DNA of 64,000 bases, taken from the NCBI GenBank assembly GCA_963840455.1, contig CAWIYV010000011.1, forward strand, positions 544,001 to 608,000, in the 5' to 3' direction. The DNA is from Nitrospirota bacterium (lineage in GTDB: Bacteria > Nitrospirota > UBA9217). The notes below the pieces were generated by a model. That model had not been told where the DNA came from. It ran no database searches and worked only from the letters and a program-made list of their open reading frames with translations. The position numbers and the translations under genes were made by a program. Below are positions 9,758-20,637 of this stretch, in pieces (the first letter of the stretch is position 1; every line of letters begins with the position of its first letter).

Positions 9758-12157
9758 CTACGCGTCCAGGACCTCGCGGACCTTCCTGAGCAACTGATCC
9801 GGGAAGATGGGCTTGGGAAGGAACGGTATCCCGTCATTGGTGATGCCCTTGCTCTGGATGATGTCCGCAGTGTAGCCGCTCATGAAAATGACCTTGATAC
9901 CGGGTTTCACGGCCCTGATCTGTTCATAGGCAGCCTTCCCGTTCTTTTTCGGCATGATCACATCGGAGAGGAACAGCGAGAGAGAACCTGCATGCTCCGT
10001 GAACTGCTGCACGGCTTCCTCGCCGTCGACCGATTCGATGACGGTATACCCCGCTTCCCGCAGCACGATCGTGATCAGCGCCCTGACATCGTTCTCGTCC
10101 TCCGCGAGCAGGATGGTCTCCCTGCCGCCAGCGGGCCGGTCCTCGATCCGGGCTGCCGGGGATTCTCCGGCGATCTCGATCGCGGGCAGGTATATCTTGA
10201 ATGTCGTCCCCTTCCCCGGCTCGCTATAGACGTTGATCGTCCCGTTATGCTGCTTGACGATCCCATAGACGATGGAAAGTCCCAGGCCCGTGCCCTTCCC
10301 GACCTCTTTCGTCGTGAAAAAGGGCTCAAAGATCTGCTTACGGGTCCCTTCGTCCATGCCGGCGCCGGTATCAGACACGCATATGACGCCATATCGTCCC
10401 GCCCGGTCGAGGTAGTTCACCTTCCGGGACCTCTCGTCGAACTCGACCAGGTCGGTCTCGATGATCAGCTGGCCGCCATGTGGCATGGCGTCCCGGGCAT
10501 TGGTGCAGAGGTTCAGCAGGACCTGTTCCATCTGGCCGCTGTCCGCCAGGACGTTCATACTTTTGTCGCGGAGGAACGTCCGGAACTCGATGTCTTCGCC
10601 GATCAGCCGCTTCGCGATCTTGGTGACGCTCTGCACGATCTCGTTCAGGTCCACCGGCTTCGGTTCGATCACCTGCTTCCGGCTGAAGGCGAGGAGGCTT
10701 TTGGTCAGCCGCGCGGCCCGGTCGCCTGCCGAGAGGATCTGGCTGGCATAGAAGGCGAGCTGCTCGTCGGCCGGCACTTTTTTTTTCATCATGTTGGCAT
10801 AGCCGATGATCGCCGTCAGGATGTTGTTGAAATCGTGGGCCATGCCGCCGGCGAGGTGCCCGACGGCCTCCATCTTCTGTGCCTGGAGCAGCTGTGAATG
10901 GAGCTTTTCCTGCTCCTGCTCCGCCATCATCCGCTGGTAGATATTGAACCCGAGGACCGCGATGCCGCCGGCCAGGAGAAGGAAGATCCCCAGGGTCGTG
11001 GCTACGAGCCCTGGATGCTTTGCTGCGAACGATACCGGCCGGTTGACGATGACTGCGCCGGCAGGCAGGGACCGGAGCGGGATGTTGAAGCGGACCAGCT
11101 GGTTGTGATCGAACATCATGCGTGTCGGGCTTTTCAGGTCGACCGGGATGTCGGACGCAGGTTCTCCCGCAAGGACCCGGGCCGCCAGCTCCGCGGCCCT
11201 CGCCCCCTGCAGCTTGCCGCCGACCAGGCTGCCTCCGACGATGCCGTAGCCGAGCCGCTCCTCGTGCAGTCCGTAGACCGGCACAGGCGCACTCTGGCTC
11301 AGGAGCCGGGCGATCTTCTCGTGATTGATCACCTGGCCGTCCTTGTCAAGGCTGTACGACAGGGCAAGCACCAGGCTTTCGGCGGGAAGCCCCTGGAGGT
11401 GCTCCACCAGTTCAGCGGCGGACAGGTTCGGCAGGTACTGGATCTCGACCCTCCCGGCAAAGGGCTTGAGCTGCTCCTCGGTCTCCCGTTTAGTCGCAAG
11501 GCCCGTGATGGTGTAGTCATGGACCACGACGACCTTCCGCGCACCGGGATGAAGTTTGAGGGCCTGCTCCAGAGTATCGCCCGCATCGAGGATCTCCGCG
11601 ACGCCGGTCACATTATCATGGCCTTCGATCGTCTTTGCATCAAATCCGTTGATCCCGCAGAAAACGATGGCAGCACGGGGAAACAGCTGTGGCCGGTATT
11701 TGAGCGCGAACTGCAGCGCAGGATTGTCGGCAACGATGACAACAGGGAAGTCCTTGCCGCCATATTTCTGGAGGAAGAGATCGCGGAGCCGGTCAAAATG
11801 CTCCATCTTGGGGTAATGCTTGCAGTCCAGGAAATCGATTCGCGGCTGGATCCTCGCATCGGCCTTCATGAGCCTTTCGACGATCCCCCGCATCTCGTTG
11901 TCGGACCAGGAATAGCCGAGATGGTAGGAATTGAGGATCAGGACCTCCCGGCTGTCCCTGCCCGGGACGGCCATTGATCCCATCATGCTGGATATGCGCT
12001 GTTGATCGACGGGGAGTTCGATGTTCGACGCCGTGCGGACCTGATACCACAGGAGGGCCATCAGCATCAGGATGCCGAGAATAAAGAGCGATGCGATCCA
12101 GCCGGCGCGGGGCGAACGATTGAGGATCATGCGGAGTTTGCGGATCGCGGTCGTCAA
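9758..12157 (-). CDS. Hybrid sensor histidine kinase with periplasmic ABC-substrate-binding-like sensor domain and receiver
   Basis: [17 protein letters not shown] sensor, [13 protein letters not shown]-box, NARDAM, PFFTTK, GTGLGL, C-terminal REC. Confidence 0.92.
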   Translation of the reverse strand: MTTAIRKLRMILNRSPRAGWIASLFILGILMLMALLWYQVRTASNIELPVDQQRISSMMGSMAVPGRDSREVLILNSYHLGYSWSDNEMRGIVERLMKADARIQPRIDFLDCKHYPKMEHFDRLRDLFLQKYGGKDFPVVIVADNPALQFALKYRPQLFPRAAIVFCGINGFDAKTIEGHDNVTGVAEILDAGDTLEQALKLHPGARKVVVVHDYTITGLATKRETEEQLKPFAGRVEIQYLPNLSAAELVEHLQGLPAESLVLALSYSLDKDGQVINHEKIARLLSQSAPVPVYGLHEERLGYGIVGGSLVGGKLQGARAAELAARVLAGEPASDIPVDLKSPTRMMFDHNQLVRFNIPLRSLPAGAVIVNRPVSFAAKHPGLVATTLGIFLLLAGGIAVLGFNIYQRMMAEQEQEKLHSQLLQAQKMEAVGHLAGGMAHDFNNILTAIIGYANMMKKKVPADEQLAFYASQILSAGDRAARLTKSLLAFSRKQVIEPKPVDLNEIVQSVTKIAKRLIGEDIEFRTFLRDKSMNVLADSGQMEQVLLNLCTNARDAMPHGGQLIIETDLVEFDERSRKVNYLDRAGRYGVICVSDTGAGMDEGTRKQIFEPFFTTKEVGKGTGLGLSIVYGIVKQHNGTINVYSEPGKGTTFKIYLPAIEIAGESPAARIEDRPAGGRETILLAEDENDVRALITIVLREAGYTVIESVDGEEAVQQFTEHAGSLSLFLSDVIMPKKNGKAAYEQIRAVKPGIKVIFMSGYTADIIQSKGITNDGIPFLPKPIFPDQLLRKVREVLDA

Positions 12158-12357
12158 TCGTCGCTCCTTTCACGGGCCTGGCACTATAGATTGACCCTCT
12201 CTGGCTGCAGCAGGACCAGCGTGTCACAGGATAAGTATAACAAAAAGAGTGCCGGGCGCGGAGTGTTCTTCGTGCCCAGTCGGCACGGTCTTCCCGCTGC
12301 ATGGGCGCATGCGATACGGCGCAGGAAGGCTTGCTTTGAGAGGAGGATGGCGAGCGG

Positions 12358-13896
12358 TCAGGAGCGCTTCATGTCCCGCTCGCGGTACCAGACGCGGAGC
12401 TCTTTCTTCATGATCTTGCCTGTCGCGGTGCGGGGCAGCTCTTCGGTGAAGATGAACCGCCGCGGGATCTTGTAGTGGGCAACGTGTTCGGCGAGATAAT
12501 CACGGAGGTCCTTCGCCGTGGCGTTCTTGCTTTCCTGGAGCACCACGTACATGATGCCCAGCTCCTTCCCCTCCTCGTGCTCGTGGGGAACGCCGATCAT
12601 GGAGCAGTCCTTGACCGCAGGATGCCGGTACAGGACCTCCTCCACCTCGTAGGGATATACGTTCAGGCCATCGACAATGATCAGGTCCTTCTTCCGGTCG
12701 ATGATCCTGATGTACCCGTCCTCGTCGAGTGCGGCGATGTCGCCGGTAAAAAGCCATCCGTCCCTGATGGTCTTGGCCGTGTCCTCGGGGCGGTTCAGAT
12801 ATCCCTTCATCACATTGGGCCCTTTGACGACGAGTTCGCCGGGCGTTCCGACAGGAAGCGGTGCACCTGCATCGTCCACGATCATCACGTCGATCCCCGG
12901 GAGGGGCTTGCCGACCGTGCCGGGCTTGCTCATCCCCTTTTCCAGCGGATTGATGGATACAACCGGCGAAGCCTCGGTCAGACCGTAGCCTTCGAGCAAT
13001 GGGACCTTGAAAGCCGCCTCGAACTCCCGGATGACCTTCACCGGCAGTGGCGCAGCGCCGGAGACGCACAGCCGGAGGTTCAGCAGGAGCTTGATGAAGA
13101 AGGGCATGTCCTTCTCGGCCAGGATCTTGTAGACCGTGGGGATGGCTACGAAGAGCGTGATGCGGTCCATGATGAGGCTCTTCACAACGCGCTGGAACGG
13201 CCGCACGCCCGGCAGCAGCGAGAGCATGGCGCCCCGCAGGAGCGGCAGCACCACGCAGACCGTGTAGGTGAAGGAATGGAACAGCGGCAGGAAAACCACG
13301 AAGCGGTCCTTCGAAGAGATGTGGATGACCTCGCAGGCAGCGAGCGCGTTGGCGATGATGTTCCGGTGGGTCAGGAGCGCGCCCTTGGGCCTGCCGGTCG
13401 TGCCGGACGTGTACAGGATGGTCGAGACCTCATCGGGGTCGGTCCGGGGGAACGCGGGCTGGGCACCCGCTCCCGAGGACCGCAGCGCGACCTCCGGCAG
13501 CGAGTGATACCGCCGGTTACCCCGCTCGCGCTGCATGAGCTTCTGCACCGTCGCGGAACACTCGGCGTCGTGGAACACGGTGACAACGCCCGCGTCCTCG
13601 AGGATAAAGTCCACTTCTTCGTGGGTCAGCAGATTATTGACCGGCAGGACGCAGCCCCCTGCGCGGATGATGCCGAAGTAGGCCGCGATGTATTCGTAAC
13701 AATTGCAGCTCAGGAGGGCGATCCGGTCGCCCCGCCTGAACCCCTGCTCCAGAAGGAACGACGCGAACACCGAGGCAAGCCGGTCCATTTCCCGGTAGGA
13801 ATATTTCCTGCCTTCGAACTTAACGAACGTCTTCCGGGGGATCCGCCGGGCCTGCTCTCCCAGCATCTGGTCGAGAGGTAGAATCTCCTTTTTCAT
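12358..13896 (-). CDS. fadD: Long-chain-fatty-acid--CoA ligase
   Basis: YTSGTTGRPKG, EGYGLTE, TGD, DRKKD, LPRTATGKI AMP-binding motifs. Confidence 0.88.
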   Translation of the reverse strand: MKKEILPLDQMLGEQARRIPRKTFVKFEGRKYSYREMDRLASVFASFLLEQGFRRGDRIALLSCNCYEYIAAYFGIIRAGGCVLPVNNLLTHEEVDFILEDAGVVTVFHDAECSATVQKLMQRERGNRRYHSLPEVALRSSGAGAQPAFPRTDPDEVSTILYTSGTTGRPKGALLTHRNIIANALAACEVIHISSKDRFVVFLPLFHSFTYTVCVVLPLLRGAMLSLLPGVRPFQRVVKSLIMDRITLFVAIPTVYKILAEKDMPFFIKLLLNLRLCVSGAAPLPVKVIREFEAAFKVPLLEGYGLTEASPVVSINPLEKGMSKPGTVGKPLPGIDVMIVDDAGAPLPVGTPGELVVKGPNVMKGYLNRPEDTAKTIRDGWLFTGDIAALDEDGYIRIIDRKKDLIIVDGLNVYPYEVEEVLYRHPAVKDCSMIGVPHEHEEGKELGIMYVVLQESKNATAKDLRDYLAEHVAHYKIPRRFIFTEELPRTATGKIMKKELRVWYRERDMKRS

Positions 13897-14034
13897 GGCG
13901 GGGAGTATAACATAGTCGCCCGCAAGGGGAAAAGTAAAAAAACACGCCTGCCGTCACGCGCGCCCCGCTTCCCGTGCCTGGAGACCGGAAGGATTTCCCT
14001 TGACATAATACAGGATTTATATTATCTTCATTGA

Positions 14035-14131
14035 CAGAAGAAACGCGGCATCTGCCGCAAGGCATCATCCGCGAGAAGCGCCACAGGGGATAGCAGATGG
14101 GCAGGGAGACAGGCTCCCTGCCCGGTTTTTT
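14035..14131 (+). ncRNA. Candidate small RNA of about 95 nt
   Basis: TTGACA(14000)-17 bp-TATCTT promoter; internal GCGG..TGCC-GCAA-GGCA..CCGC stem; ends in GGGCAGGGAG-acag-GCTCCCTGCCC plus T-run; no ORF on this strand. Confidence 0.45.
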
Positions 14132-14143
14132 CCGTGGTCGCGT

Positions 14144-14184
14144 AAAAAAGAAAAGGCAGGCCACCTGACGGTGAACCTGCCTTT
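14144..14184 (-). terminator. Intrinsic terminator of the cold-shock gene
   Basis: AAAGGCAGG..CCTGCCTTT stem with a T-rich tail on the minus strand. Confidence 0.75.
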
Positions 14185-14203
14185 ATTGGTTGATGGGTGG
14201 TGC

Positions 14204-14404
14204 TCAGACCTTTACGACATTCGCTGCCTTCGGGCCCTTCGGGCTGTCTTCAATGTCGAACGTCACTGCCTGACCTTCGGCCAGGGACTTGAAGCCAGCG
14301 TCCTGGATCGCAGAAAAGTGAACGAACACGTCTGCGCCGTCCTCTGCGGCAATGAATCCAAAACCCTTGGAGTCATTGAACCACTTCACGGTTCCTTTTG
14401 CCAT
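14204..14404 (-). CDS. cspA: Cold-shock protein
   Basis: [25 protein letters not shown] (RNP1/RNP2), 66 aa; AGGAGG RBS. Confidence 0.96.
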   Translation of the reverse strand: MAKGTVKWFNDSKGFGFIAAEDGADVFVHFSAIQDAGFKSLAEGQAVTFDIEDSPKGPKAANVVKV

Positions 14405-14455
14405 GTGTGCAGAACCTCCTTCCGTGAGAATTGAAGAAGCGGAAACGTGCGTCAC

Positions 14456-14488
14456 AAAAAAACCGCAAAGATGGGATCTTTGCGGCCG
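14456..14488 (-). terminator. Terminator-like hairpin between the cupin gene and cspA
   Basis: Minus strand CCGCAAAGAT-ccc-ATCTTTGCGG followed by T7. Confidence 0.7.
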
Positions 14489-14547
14489 CGTGAACGACAA
14501 AGACTTCCGAACTTCAGTGCCGATACTCGCATATCCCCCGGCCAAAG

Positions 14548-14919
14548 TCAAGAATTATTTTCCACAACCTCTTCGTCCTCTTTCCGCCAGGCGGGATCAA
14601 CGATGCAAAGAAACGCCAGGTCCACAGAACCGCTGTTCGTGATCTGCTGCTTCGCCTTCGGCGGGATGTAGATCGTGTCCCCTGCCACTATCCGCTTCGA
14701 TCCGCCGTCGATGTGCATGATAGCCTCGCCGGACAGGATGTAATAGACCTCCGATGTCCTGAGGGCATGGAGCCACGTGGTCTGGCCGGGGGCTACCACG
14801 GCATGCGCGAGGCTGTACCGGAGCGCAAGTTCCGCCTTATCCGGATGCAGGATCTCCCGGAGCGTGCAGTTGTCGCCTGCGGTGAAGGCGGGACAGTCGT
14901 TCAAGCTGCGAATGAACAT
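14548..14919 (-). CDS. Cupin domain protein
   Basis: LREILHP, [14 protein letters not shown], GDTIYIPP cupin motifs. Confidence 0.85.
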   Translation of the reverse strand: MFIRSLNDCPAFTAGDNCTLREILHPDKAELALRYSLAHAVVAPGQTTWLHALRTSEVYYILSGEAIMHIDGGSKRIVAGDTIYIPPKAKQQITNSGSVDLAFLCIVDPAWRKEDEEVVENNS

Positions 14920-14924
14920 GGCTC

Positions 14925-16805
14925 CTAGGTACCTCCGCTCCTGATGACCGCTGCCACGACCTCGGAAAGGTCGCGCAGCCGGTAGGGCTTGGTCACCACC
15001 CCCTGGAACCCGTAGGAGCGAAAATCGGACATGACCGGATCATGCGAATACCCGCTGGACACGATGATCCGTGCCGCCGGGTCGATCTCGAGCAGTTTCC
15101 GGACGGCCTCTTTTCCTCCCATGCCTCCGGGGACCGTAAGGTCCATGATGACCGCACCAAAGGGGCGGCCCGCTTCCTGCGCCTGCCGGTACTTGGCAAT
15201 GGCCTCACCGCCCTCGCCTGCGTGGTCCACAGTGTAGCCCAACCGCATTAGCATGTCCCCCGTGGTGTTCCGCATCTCCTCCTCGTCGTCCATGACCAGG
15301 ATATGCCCGTTCCCCTTCGTGAACGTGTTGTCCCGCCATGCATAGGTGACATCCCCCTGTGACGCGGGCAGGTAGACATGGAAAGTTGTGCCTCTGCCCG
15401 GCTCGGATTCAACGGTAATGAGGCCTTCATGCTTCCGGATGATCGAGTAGCTGGCTGCAAGCCCGAGCCCGCTCCCCTTCTGCTTGGTGGTGAAGAAGGG
15501 ATCGAAGACCTTCGCAATGTGCTCCGCGGGAATGCCGGTGCCTTCGTCCGCGACCGATATCTTCACGTACCGCCCCGCGCCGAGCGGGAGGTCGTTGCCC
15601 GGCCCGAGGGTGATGTTCTGCGCGGAGATCCGGATGATCCCGCCCGAAGGCATGGCCTGGTCGGCGTTGATCAGCAGGTTATTGAAGACCTGCATCATCT
15701 GCCCTTCGTCGGCCTCGACGGGCCACAGGCCCCTCGGGATCGCGAGCTCGTGCAGGACGCGGGAGCCCTGCAGGGAGATCCCGGCCGCCTCGGAAATGAC
15801 GCCGGAAAGTGCTATGAGCTTCTTGACCGGCGCGCCGCCGCGCGAGAAGGTGAGCAGCTGCCGGGTAAGCTCCTGCGCCCGGAGGGAGGCCTGTTCCGCC
15901 TTGGCGAGCTGATGAGCGGCTGGGTTCGCCGGGTCCACGTCAAGCATGGCCAGCGATAAATTTCCCATGATGGCGCCCAGGAGGTTGTTGAAATCGTGCG
16001 CAATACCGCCGGCGAGCAGTCCCAGGGATTCCAGCTTCGACGCCCGGGTCAGCTCGAATTCCATGCGCTCCCGCTCGACGATCTCCTGTTGAAGCCGGAC
16101 ATTGGCCTTCTTGAGCTCCGCGGTCCGTTCTTCCACAAGGTCCTCGAGCCGTTCTCGGTGCTTCTTCAGCTCCTCTTCGGCCTGTTTGCGCTCCGTTATG
16201 TTGCGTACCGCCTCGATGCCGGCGATGATCTCGCCTTTCGCGTTCCGGAGAGGGGAAGAGCTTATCTCGATATGACTTTTCCCGTTCTGGGAAGGCACGC
16301 TCTTCACCAGGACATGGTTGCCGCCGTCCTCAAAGGAGCGCGCCACCGGGCATCCCGGGCAGATGGTATCGCGGCCGGCATACTTTTCATAGCAGACCTT
16401 TCCCAGCTGGTCCCCAACCATGTCCCGGTGGACCTGGTTCTGGTACAGCACTCGATAGTTCCGGTCCAGAATGCTGATACCGTCGGGGATGGCCGCGACG
16501 ACCGCGTCGGTCTTGGCCTTTTCGTCCTCAAGCCGGGCCAGTGCCTTCCGGAGTTCCTCTTCGACGAACTTGCGCCGCGTCAGGGTGCGCGAGGTCATGA
16601 CCCCGAAGAGAAAGATGACCAGAAGAAGAAAGAGCCGGAAATAGAGCTCGTGAGGAGTGATCTCCAGGATCAGGGTGTCCAGGAACGTGGCTTGGGAAAA
16701 CACAAGGGAATCGATCAAGGCGTCCAGGACCCAGGCGCCCATGCCGACCAGGATCGAGACGAGTACGACCTTTTCCTCGTACCGGAAATGTGACGGTTTT
16801 ATCAT
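14925..16805 (-). CDS. PAS-domain hybrid histidine kinase with receiver
   Basis: Two TMs, PAS, AGGIAHDFNN, NADQAM, PFFTTK, GSGLGL, REC (ILVMDDE..IMDLT). Confidence 0.92.
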   Translation of the reverse strand: MIKPSHFRYEEKVVLVSILVGMGAWVLDALIDSLVFSQATFLDTLILEITPHELYFRLFLLLVIFLFGVMTSRTLTRRKFVEEELRKALARLEDEKAKTDAVVAAIPDGISILDRNYRVLYQNQVHRDMVGDQLGKVCYEKYAGRDTICPGCPVARSFEDGGNHVLVKSVPSQNGKSHIEISSSPLRNAKGEIIAGIEAVRNITERKQAEEELKKHRERLEDLVEERTAELKKANVRLQQEIVERERMEFELTRASKLESLGLLAGGIAHDFNNLLGAIMGNLSLAMLDVDPANPAAHQLAKAEQASLRAQELTRQLLTFSRGGAPVKKLIALSGVISEAAGISLQGSRVLHELAIPRGLWPVEADEGQMMQVFNNLLINADQAMPSGGIIRISAQNITLGPGNDLPLGAGRYVKISVADEGTGIPAEHIAKVFDPFFTTKQKGSGLGLAASYSIIRKHEGLITVESEPGRGTTFHVYLPASQGDVTYAWRDNTFTKGNGHILVMDDEEEMRNTTGDMLMRLGYTVDHAGEGGEAIAKYRQAQEAGRPFGAVIMDLTVPGGMGGKEAVRKLLEIDPAARIIVSSGYSHDPVMSDFRSYGFQGVVTKPYRLRDLSEVVAAVIRSGGT

Positions 16806-16959
16806 AGGTCCTCGGGATGGCAAGAGGTGCATCTGCGACGATTTGCAATTTATCGCGGTGCCGTGAACTTGTCAATGAAATTGTATCGGACCGTCCGGTC
16901 CAAGGCGTCCTTTCCTCTTGCAGTCCTGCACGGAACTATGGTACATACTCCCACTTGCC

Positions 16960-17757
16960 ATGAACGCTGACACCGTCGCCCAATACCGCTCCTGGTTCTC
17001 CCGCTTCGTTCAGGACCACGCTGCGCGGAACGAGCAGGACCAGCAGAACATCGCGCTGAAGGAAGAGCACACCCTTCAGGTCTGCGGCAACGCCCGGCGG
17101 ATCGCCGCGGAGCTGGGGCTTGATGAACGCGCAGCCGCGATCGCCGAGACCATCGCGCTTTTCCATGATATCGGGCGGTTCCCGCAGTACCATCGCTACC
17201 GGACCTTCCAGGACAGCCTGTCAGTGAACCACGCGGTCCTGGGCGCACAGGTCCTGCTCGAGCGTAATGTCCTCCGGGACCTTCCGAGGCTGGAGAGGTC
17301 CCTGATCGTCCGTGCCGTGGCCTTGCACAACGTTTTCGCCTTACCGCAGGGCCTCGCCGTTGAGGTCCTCCTGCAGGCAAAATTGGTCCGCGACGCGGAC
17401 AAGCTCGATATCTGGCGCGTGTTCATGGAGCTCCTCGACCGGGACACGACTGACTGGCCGTCGGCCGCGGGCCTCGGCCTCCCCGATACACCGGAGCACT
17501 CACCCGGCATCCTCGACTCCCTCGAACGGCGCGAAATGGTACGGCTCACAAGCCTCCGGACCCTGAACGACTTCAAGCTGCTCCAGCTCGCCTGGATCTA
17601 CGACCTGAACTTCGCCCCAAGCCTGCGCATGGTCGTCGAACGGGGTGTCATCGACCGGCTGTCCGCGACGGTGCCGCAGACCCCCGAGGTCGGGCGGGCC
17701 CTCGGGAAGCTCCGGCAGTTCGTGGCCGTTCGGCTTGCCGCCGGGACCGCGGCCTGA
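16960..17757 (+). CDS. HD-domain phosphohydrolase
   Basis: KEEHT, ALFHDIGRF, NHA, VRDADKLDI. Confidence 0.88.
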   Translation: MNADTVAQYRSWFSRFVQDHAARNEQDQQNIALKEEHTLQVCGNARRIAAELGLDERAAAIAETIALFHDIGRFPQYHRYRTFQDSLSVNHAVLGAQVLLERNVLRDLPRLERSLIVRAVALHNVFALPQGLAVEVLLQAKLVRDADKLDIWRVFMELLDRDTTDWPSAAGLGLPDTPEHSPGILDSLERREMVRLTSLRTLNDFKLLQLAWIYDLNFAPSLRMVVERGVIDRLSATVPQTPEVGRALGKLRQFVAVRLAAGTAA

Positions 17758-17981
17758 ATCCAGGAGCGAGCGCATTCCCCGTAGTTTGCTACGGGGTCAG
17801 CGAGCGATTAGAATAAAATATTACCTTGAGGATCGAAGCTCCATGCATCTTGCTTCGGGGAGTTTCAATCCAGGAGCGAGCGCATTCCCCGTAGTTTGCT
17901 ACGGGGTCAGCGGGCGATGAGAAGAACGACAACTACCTTGAGGATCGAAGATTCCCTGCAGCTTGCTGAAGGGAGCTTCAA
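17755..17981 (-). mobile_element. Two head-to-tail copies (about 110 bp) of a palindrome-bearing miniature element (IS200/IS605 PATE- or REP-like)
   Basis: Direct repeat CAGGAGCGAGCGCATTCCCCGTAGTTTGCTACGGGG at 17761 and 17871; third copy inverted at 27363-27474. Confidence 0.75.
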
Positions 17982-18085
17982 CGCCGTCAGAAGGCCCTTC
18001 CCGGGCGTTCGGAAGCCCTTTCATTCCTTTTTTGCCTTGAAATCACCCGGGTGTTCTGCTATGATGTGCGGGCCTGAGGAGGCGC

Positions 18086-18610
18086 ATGCAGAAGACGGAC
18101 CTCACAACCAGAACGGTCGCGGGCTTCATCGATCTTCTGATCGTCATCGGACTGGCGAGGCTGCCCGACGTGGTCGGCTACCTCGCCGCTACTGGCTATA
18201 TCCTTGTGCGGGACGGACTGTTCAGCCAGCAGAGCGCCGGGAAAAGGGTCATCGGCCTGCGTGTCGTTTCTGCCGACGACCCGGGCAGGGCCCTGTCCTT
18301 CCGGGAGTCCATCATCCGGAACATGCCGCTGGCAATCGCCTTCCTGCTGTTCCAGATCCCCTATGCCGGCTGGATACTCTGCCCGCTGGTCCTGGGCGTG
18401 GAGGCCCTCGCCGCGCTCGGCGACGAGCGGGGGATGCGCATTGGTGACCTCCTCGCGCGGACCTGCGCTGTGCAGGCAGGACCGTCGGTCTCCCCGGCCC
18501 CGGTCACTGCGGGGGTCCCCGACGCGGCCGTTGCAGCGGTTTCTGCAGTGGCCCCGCAGACAGGAGACGGGCCGGCTTCCGGGAATGACAATCCGCAGAA
18601 CGTCTCGTGA
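18086..18610 (+). CDS. RDD family membrane protein
   Basis: R..AGFIDL, QSAGKRVIGLRVV, IIRN, MRIGDLLART. Confidence 0.85.
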   Translation: MQKTDLTTRTVAGFIDLLIVIGLARLPDVVGYLAATGYILVRDGLFSQQSAGKRVIGLRVVSADDPGRALSFRESIIRNMPLAIAFLLFQIPYAGWILCPLVLGVEALAALGDERGMRIGDLLARTCAVQAGPSVSPAPVTAGVPDAAVAAVSAVAPQTGDGPASGNDNPQNVS

Positions 18611-18787
18611 CGGGAGACCGCAGACTCCTGACTGCAGAATAAAGAACATCACCGCCATGCCGGAGAGCGCGCGATGAGGTGCCTGAGCTTTGGACCTGAT
18701 CGCAGGTCGCATCGCATCGGCTGAACACGCAGCGGTCGTACCGTTACTCAGTCCGGTATTTGCAATCGAAAGGAGCTTCACACGACA

Positions 18788-19813
18788 ATGTTCATCAATT
18801 CCATCATGGGCTGGTTCTCCAACGACATGGCCATCGACCTCGGCACGGCTAACACGCTCGTCTACGTCAAGGGCAGGGGCATCGTCTGCAACGAGCCTTC
18901 GGTCGTCGCCAAGTCCGTCAAATCGGGCAAGGTCCTTGCCGTAGGAGCCGAGGCAAAGAAGATGCTTGGCAGGACACCCGGCGATGTCCAGACGATCCGG
19001 CCCATCAAGGACGGCGTCATCTCCGACTTCGATGTGACCGGCGAGATGCTCCGGTATTTCATCCAGCGGGTGCATAACCGCAAGTCCTTCATGCGGCCCC
19101 GCATCGTCATCGGCGTCCCCTCGGGGATCACCCAGGTGGAGCAGCGCGCCGTGAAGGACGCCGCCATCTCGTCGGGCGGCCGCGAAGTCTACCTCATCGA
19201 GGAGCCGGTGGCGGCGGCCATCGGCACCGGACTCCCTATCTCCGAGCCCTCGGGCAACATGATCGTCGACATTGGCGGCGGCACCACGGACATCGCCGTT
19301 ATTTCCATGGACGGCGTCGTGTACAGCAAGGCCATCCGCGTAGGCGGGGACAAGATGGACGAGGCCATCATCAACTACATCAAGCGCAAGTACAACCTCC
19401 TCATCGGCGAGATGATGGCCGAGACGATCAAGATGGAGCTCGGCTCCGCGTACAAGATCGACAGCACGCGCCAGACCATGGAGATCAAGGGGCGCGACCT
19501 CGTGTCTGGGATCCCCAAGACTCTGATCCTCGATGACGACGAAGTGCGCGAGTCCCTTGCCGAGCCCGTGAGCCAGATCCTGAACGGCATCAAGCTGGCG
19601 CTCGAGAACACACCGCCGGAGCTCTCGGCGGACATTGTGGACAAAGGCATCGTGCTTGCCGGCGGTGGCGCGCTCCTCAAGGGACTCGACGTCTTCCTGC
19701 GCGAGGAGACCTCGCTCCCGATCATCATCGCCGAGGACCCCCTCACCTGCGTCGCCCTCGGCGCGGGCAAGGTGCTGGACGACCTCGACGTCCTCAGAAA
19801 AGTCATGATGTAG
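18788..19813 (+). CDS. mreB: Rod shape-determining protein MreB
   Basis: [30 protein letters not shown]. Confidence 0.98.
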   Translation: MFINSIMGWFSNDMAIDLGTANTLVYVKGRGIVCNEPSVVAKSVKSGKVLAVGAEAKKMLGRTPGDVQTIRPIKDGVISDFDVTGEMLRYFIQRVHNRKSFMRPRIVIGVPSGITQVEQRAVKDAAISSGGREVYLIEEPVAAAIGTGLPISEPSGNMIVDIGGGTTDIAVISMDGVVYSKAIRVGGDKMDEAIINYIKRKYNLLIGEMMAETIKMELGSAYKIDSTRQTMEIKGRDLVSGIPKTLILDDDEVRESLAEPVSQILNGIKLALENTPPELSADIVDKGIVLAGGGALLKGLDVFLREETSLPIIIAEDPLTCVALGAGKVLDDLDVLRKVMM

Positions 19814-19830
19814 ATCGAAACGGCGTCAGC

Positions 19831-20637
19831 ATGCCCGGTTTCTTCGACAAGAACAAAAAATACATCGCCATCCTGGCACTGTTCCTCCTCCTCTTCTGGC
19901 TGGTCACCATCCAGGTGAAGGCCGGGCGGTTCATGGTGCTGGAAACGCCGGTCCTGGCCGTTTCGGGGTTCTTCGAGCGTATCATCACCGGTACTTACAA
20001 CGGCATTGCCGGCCTCGGCAGGGGCTACGTGTTCCTGGTCCGCGCGGAGCGGGAGAACCGGCGCCTCGCCAAGGAGCTTGGCAATCTCCGGCTGGAGAAC
20101 CAGATCACGAACGAACTGCTTTCGGAGAACGAGCGTCTCCGCGAGGCCCTGGGTTTCAGGAAGCTCAATCCGCCCGCGTCGGTCACGGCGCAGGTCATCG
20201 GCAGGGACTCCTCGCCCTCATCGAGCACGGTCACGGTGAACAAGGGCTCCCTCGCCGGCATCGACCGGGACCTCGCGGTCATCACGCCCGACGGCGTTGT
20301 GGGCAGGGTCCAGGCGGTCCTGCCCGGCACCGCGCGCGTGCAGCTCCTGACCGATCCGGGCATCACCATCGCCGTGCGGGTGCAGCGGAACCGGGAAGAG
20401 GGCCTGCTCGAGGGCAAGCTCGACCGGTGCGCTCTCAAGTATGTTTCTTTCTACGTCGATGTCCAGGAGGGAGATCTCCTGGTAACCTCGGGCCTCGACG
20501 GCATCTACCCCAAGGGACTGCCGGTGGCCAGGGTGTCCACGGTGCGGAAGCACGAGGCCAGTTCGTTCCAGACCGTCTATGCCAATCCCGTCGTAAGGAT
20601 CTCCCGCCTCGAAGAGGTGCTGGTGTTCAAAAAATGA
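19831..20637 (+). CDS. mreC: Rod shape-determining protein MreC
   Basis: TM, coiled coil ENERLREAL, GVVGRV, TSGLDGIYPKGLPV; follows mreB. Confidence 0.95.
   Translation: MPGFFDKNKKYIAILALFLLLFWLVTIQVKAGRFMVLETPVLAVSGFFERIITGTYNGIAGLGRGYVFLVRAERENRRLAKELGNLRLENQITNELLSENERLREALGFRKLNPPASVTAQVIGRDSSPSSSTVTVNKGSLAGIDRDLAVITPDGVVGRVQAVLPGTARVQLLTDPGITIAVRVQRNREEGLLEGKLDRCALKYVSFYVDVQEGDLLVTSGLDGIYPKGLPVARVSTVRKHEASSFQTVYANPVVRISRLEEVLVFKK

Noticed and set aside
13960-14000. ACCGGAAGG resembling the SRP RNA loop
   Set aside because: Lacks the flanking CAGG/AGCAG internal-loop motif and long helix.
17755-17981. Tandem repeats as a CRISPR array
   Set aside because: Only two units of about 110 bp, similar along their whole length, with no unique spacers and no cas genes.
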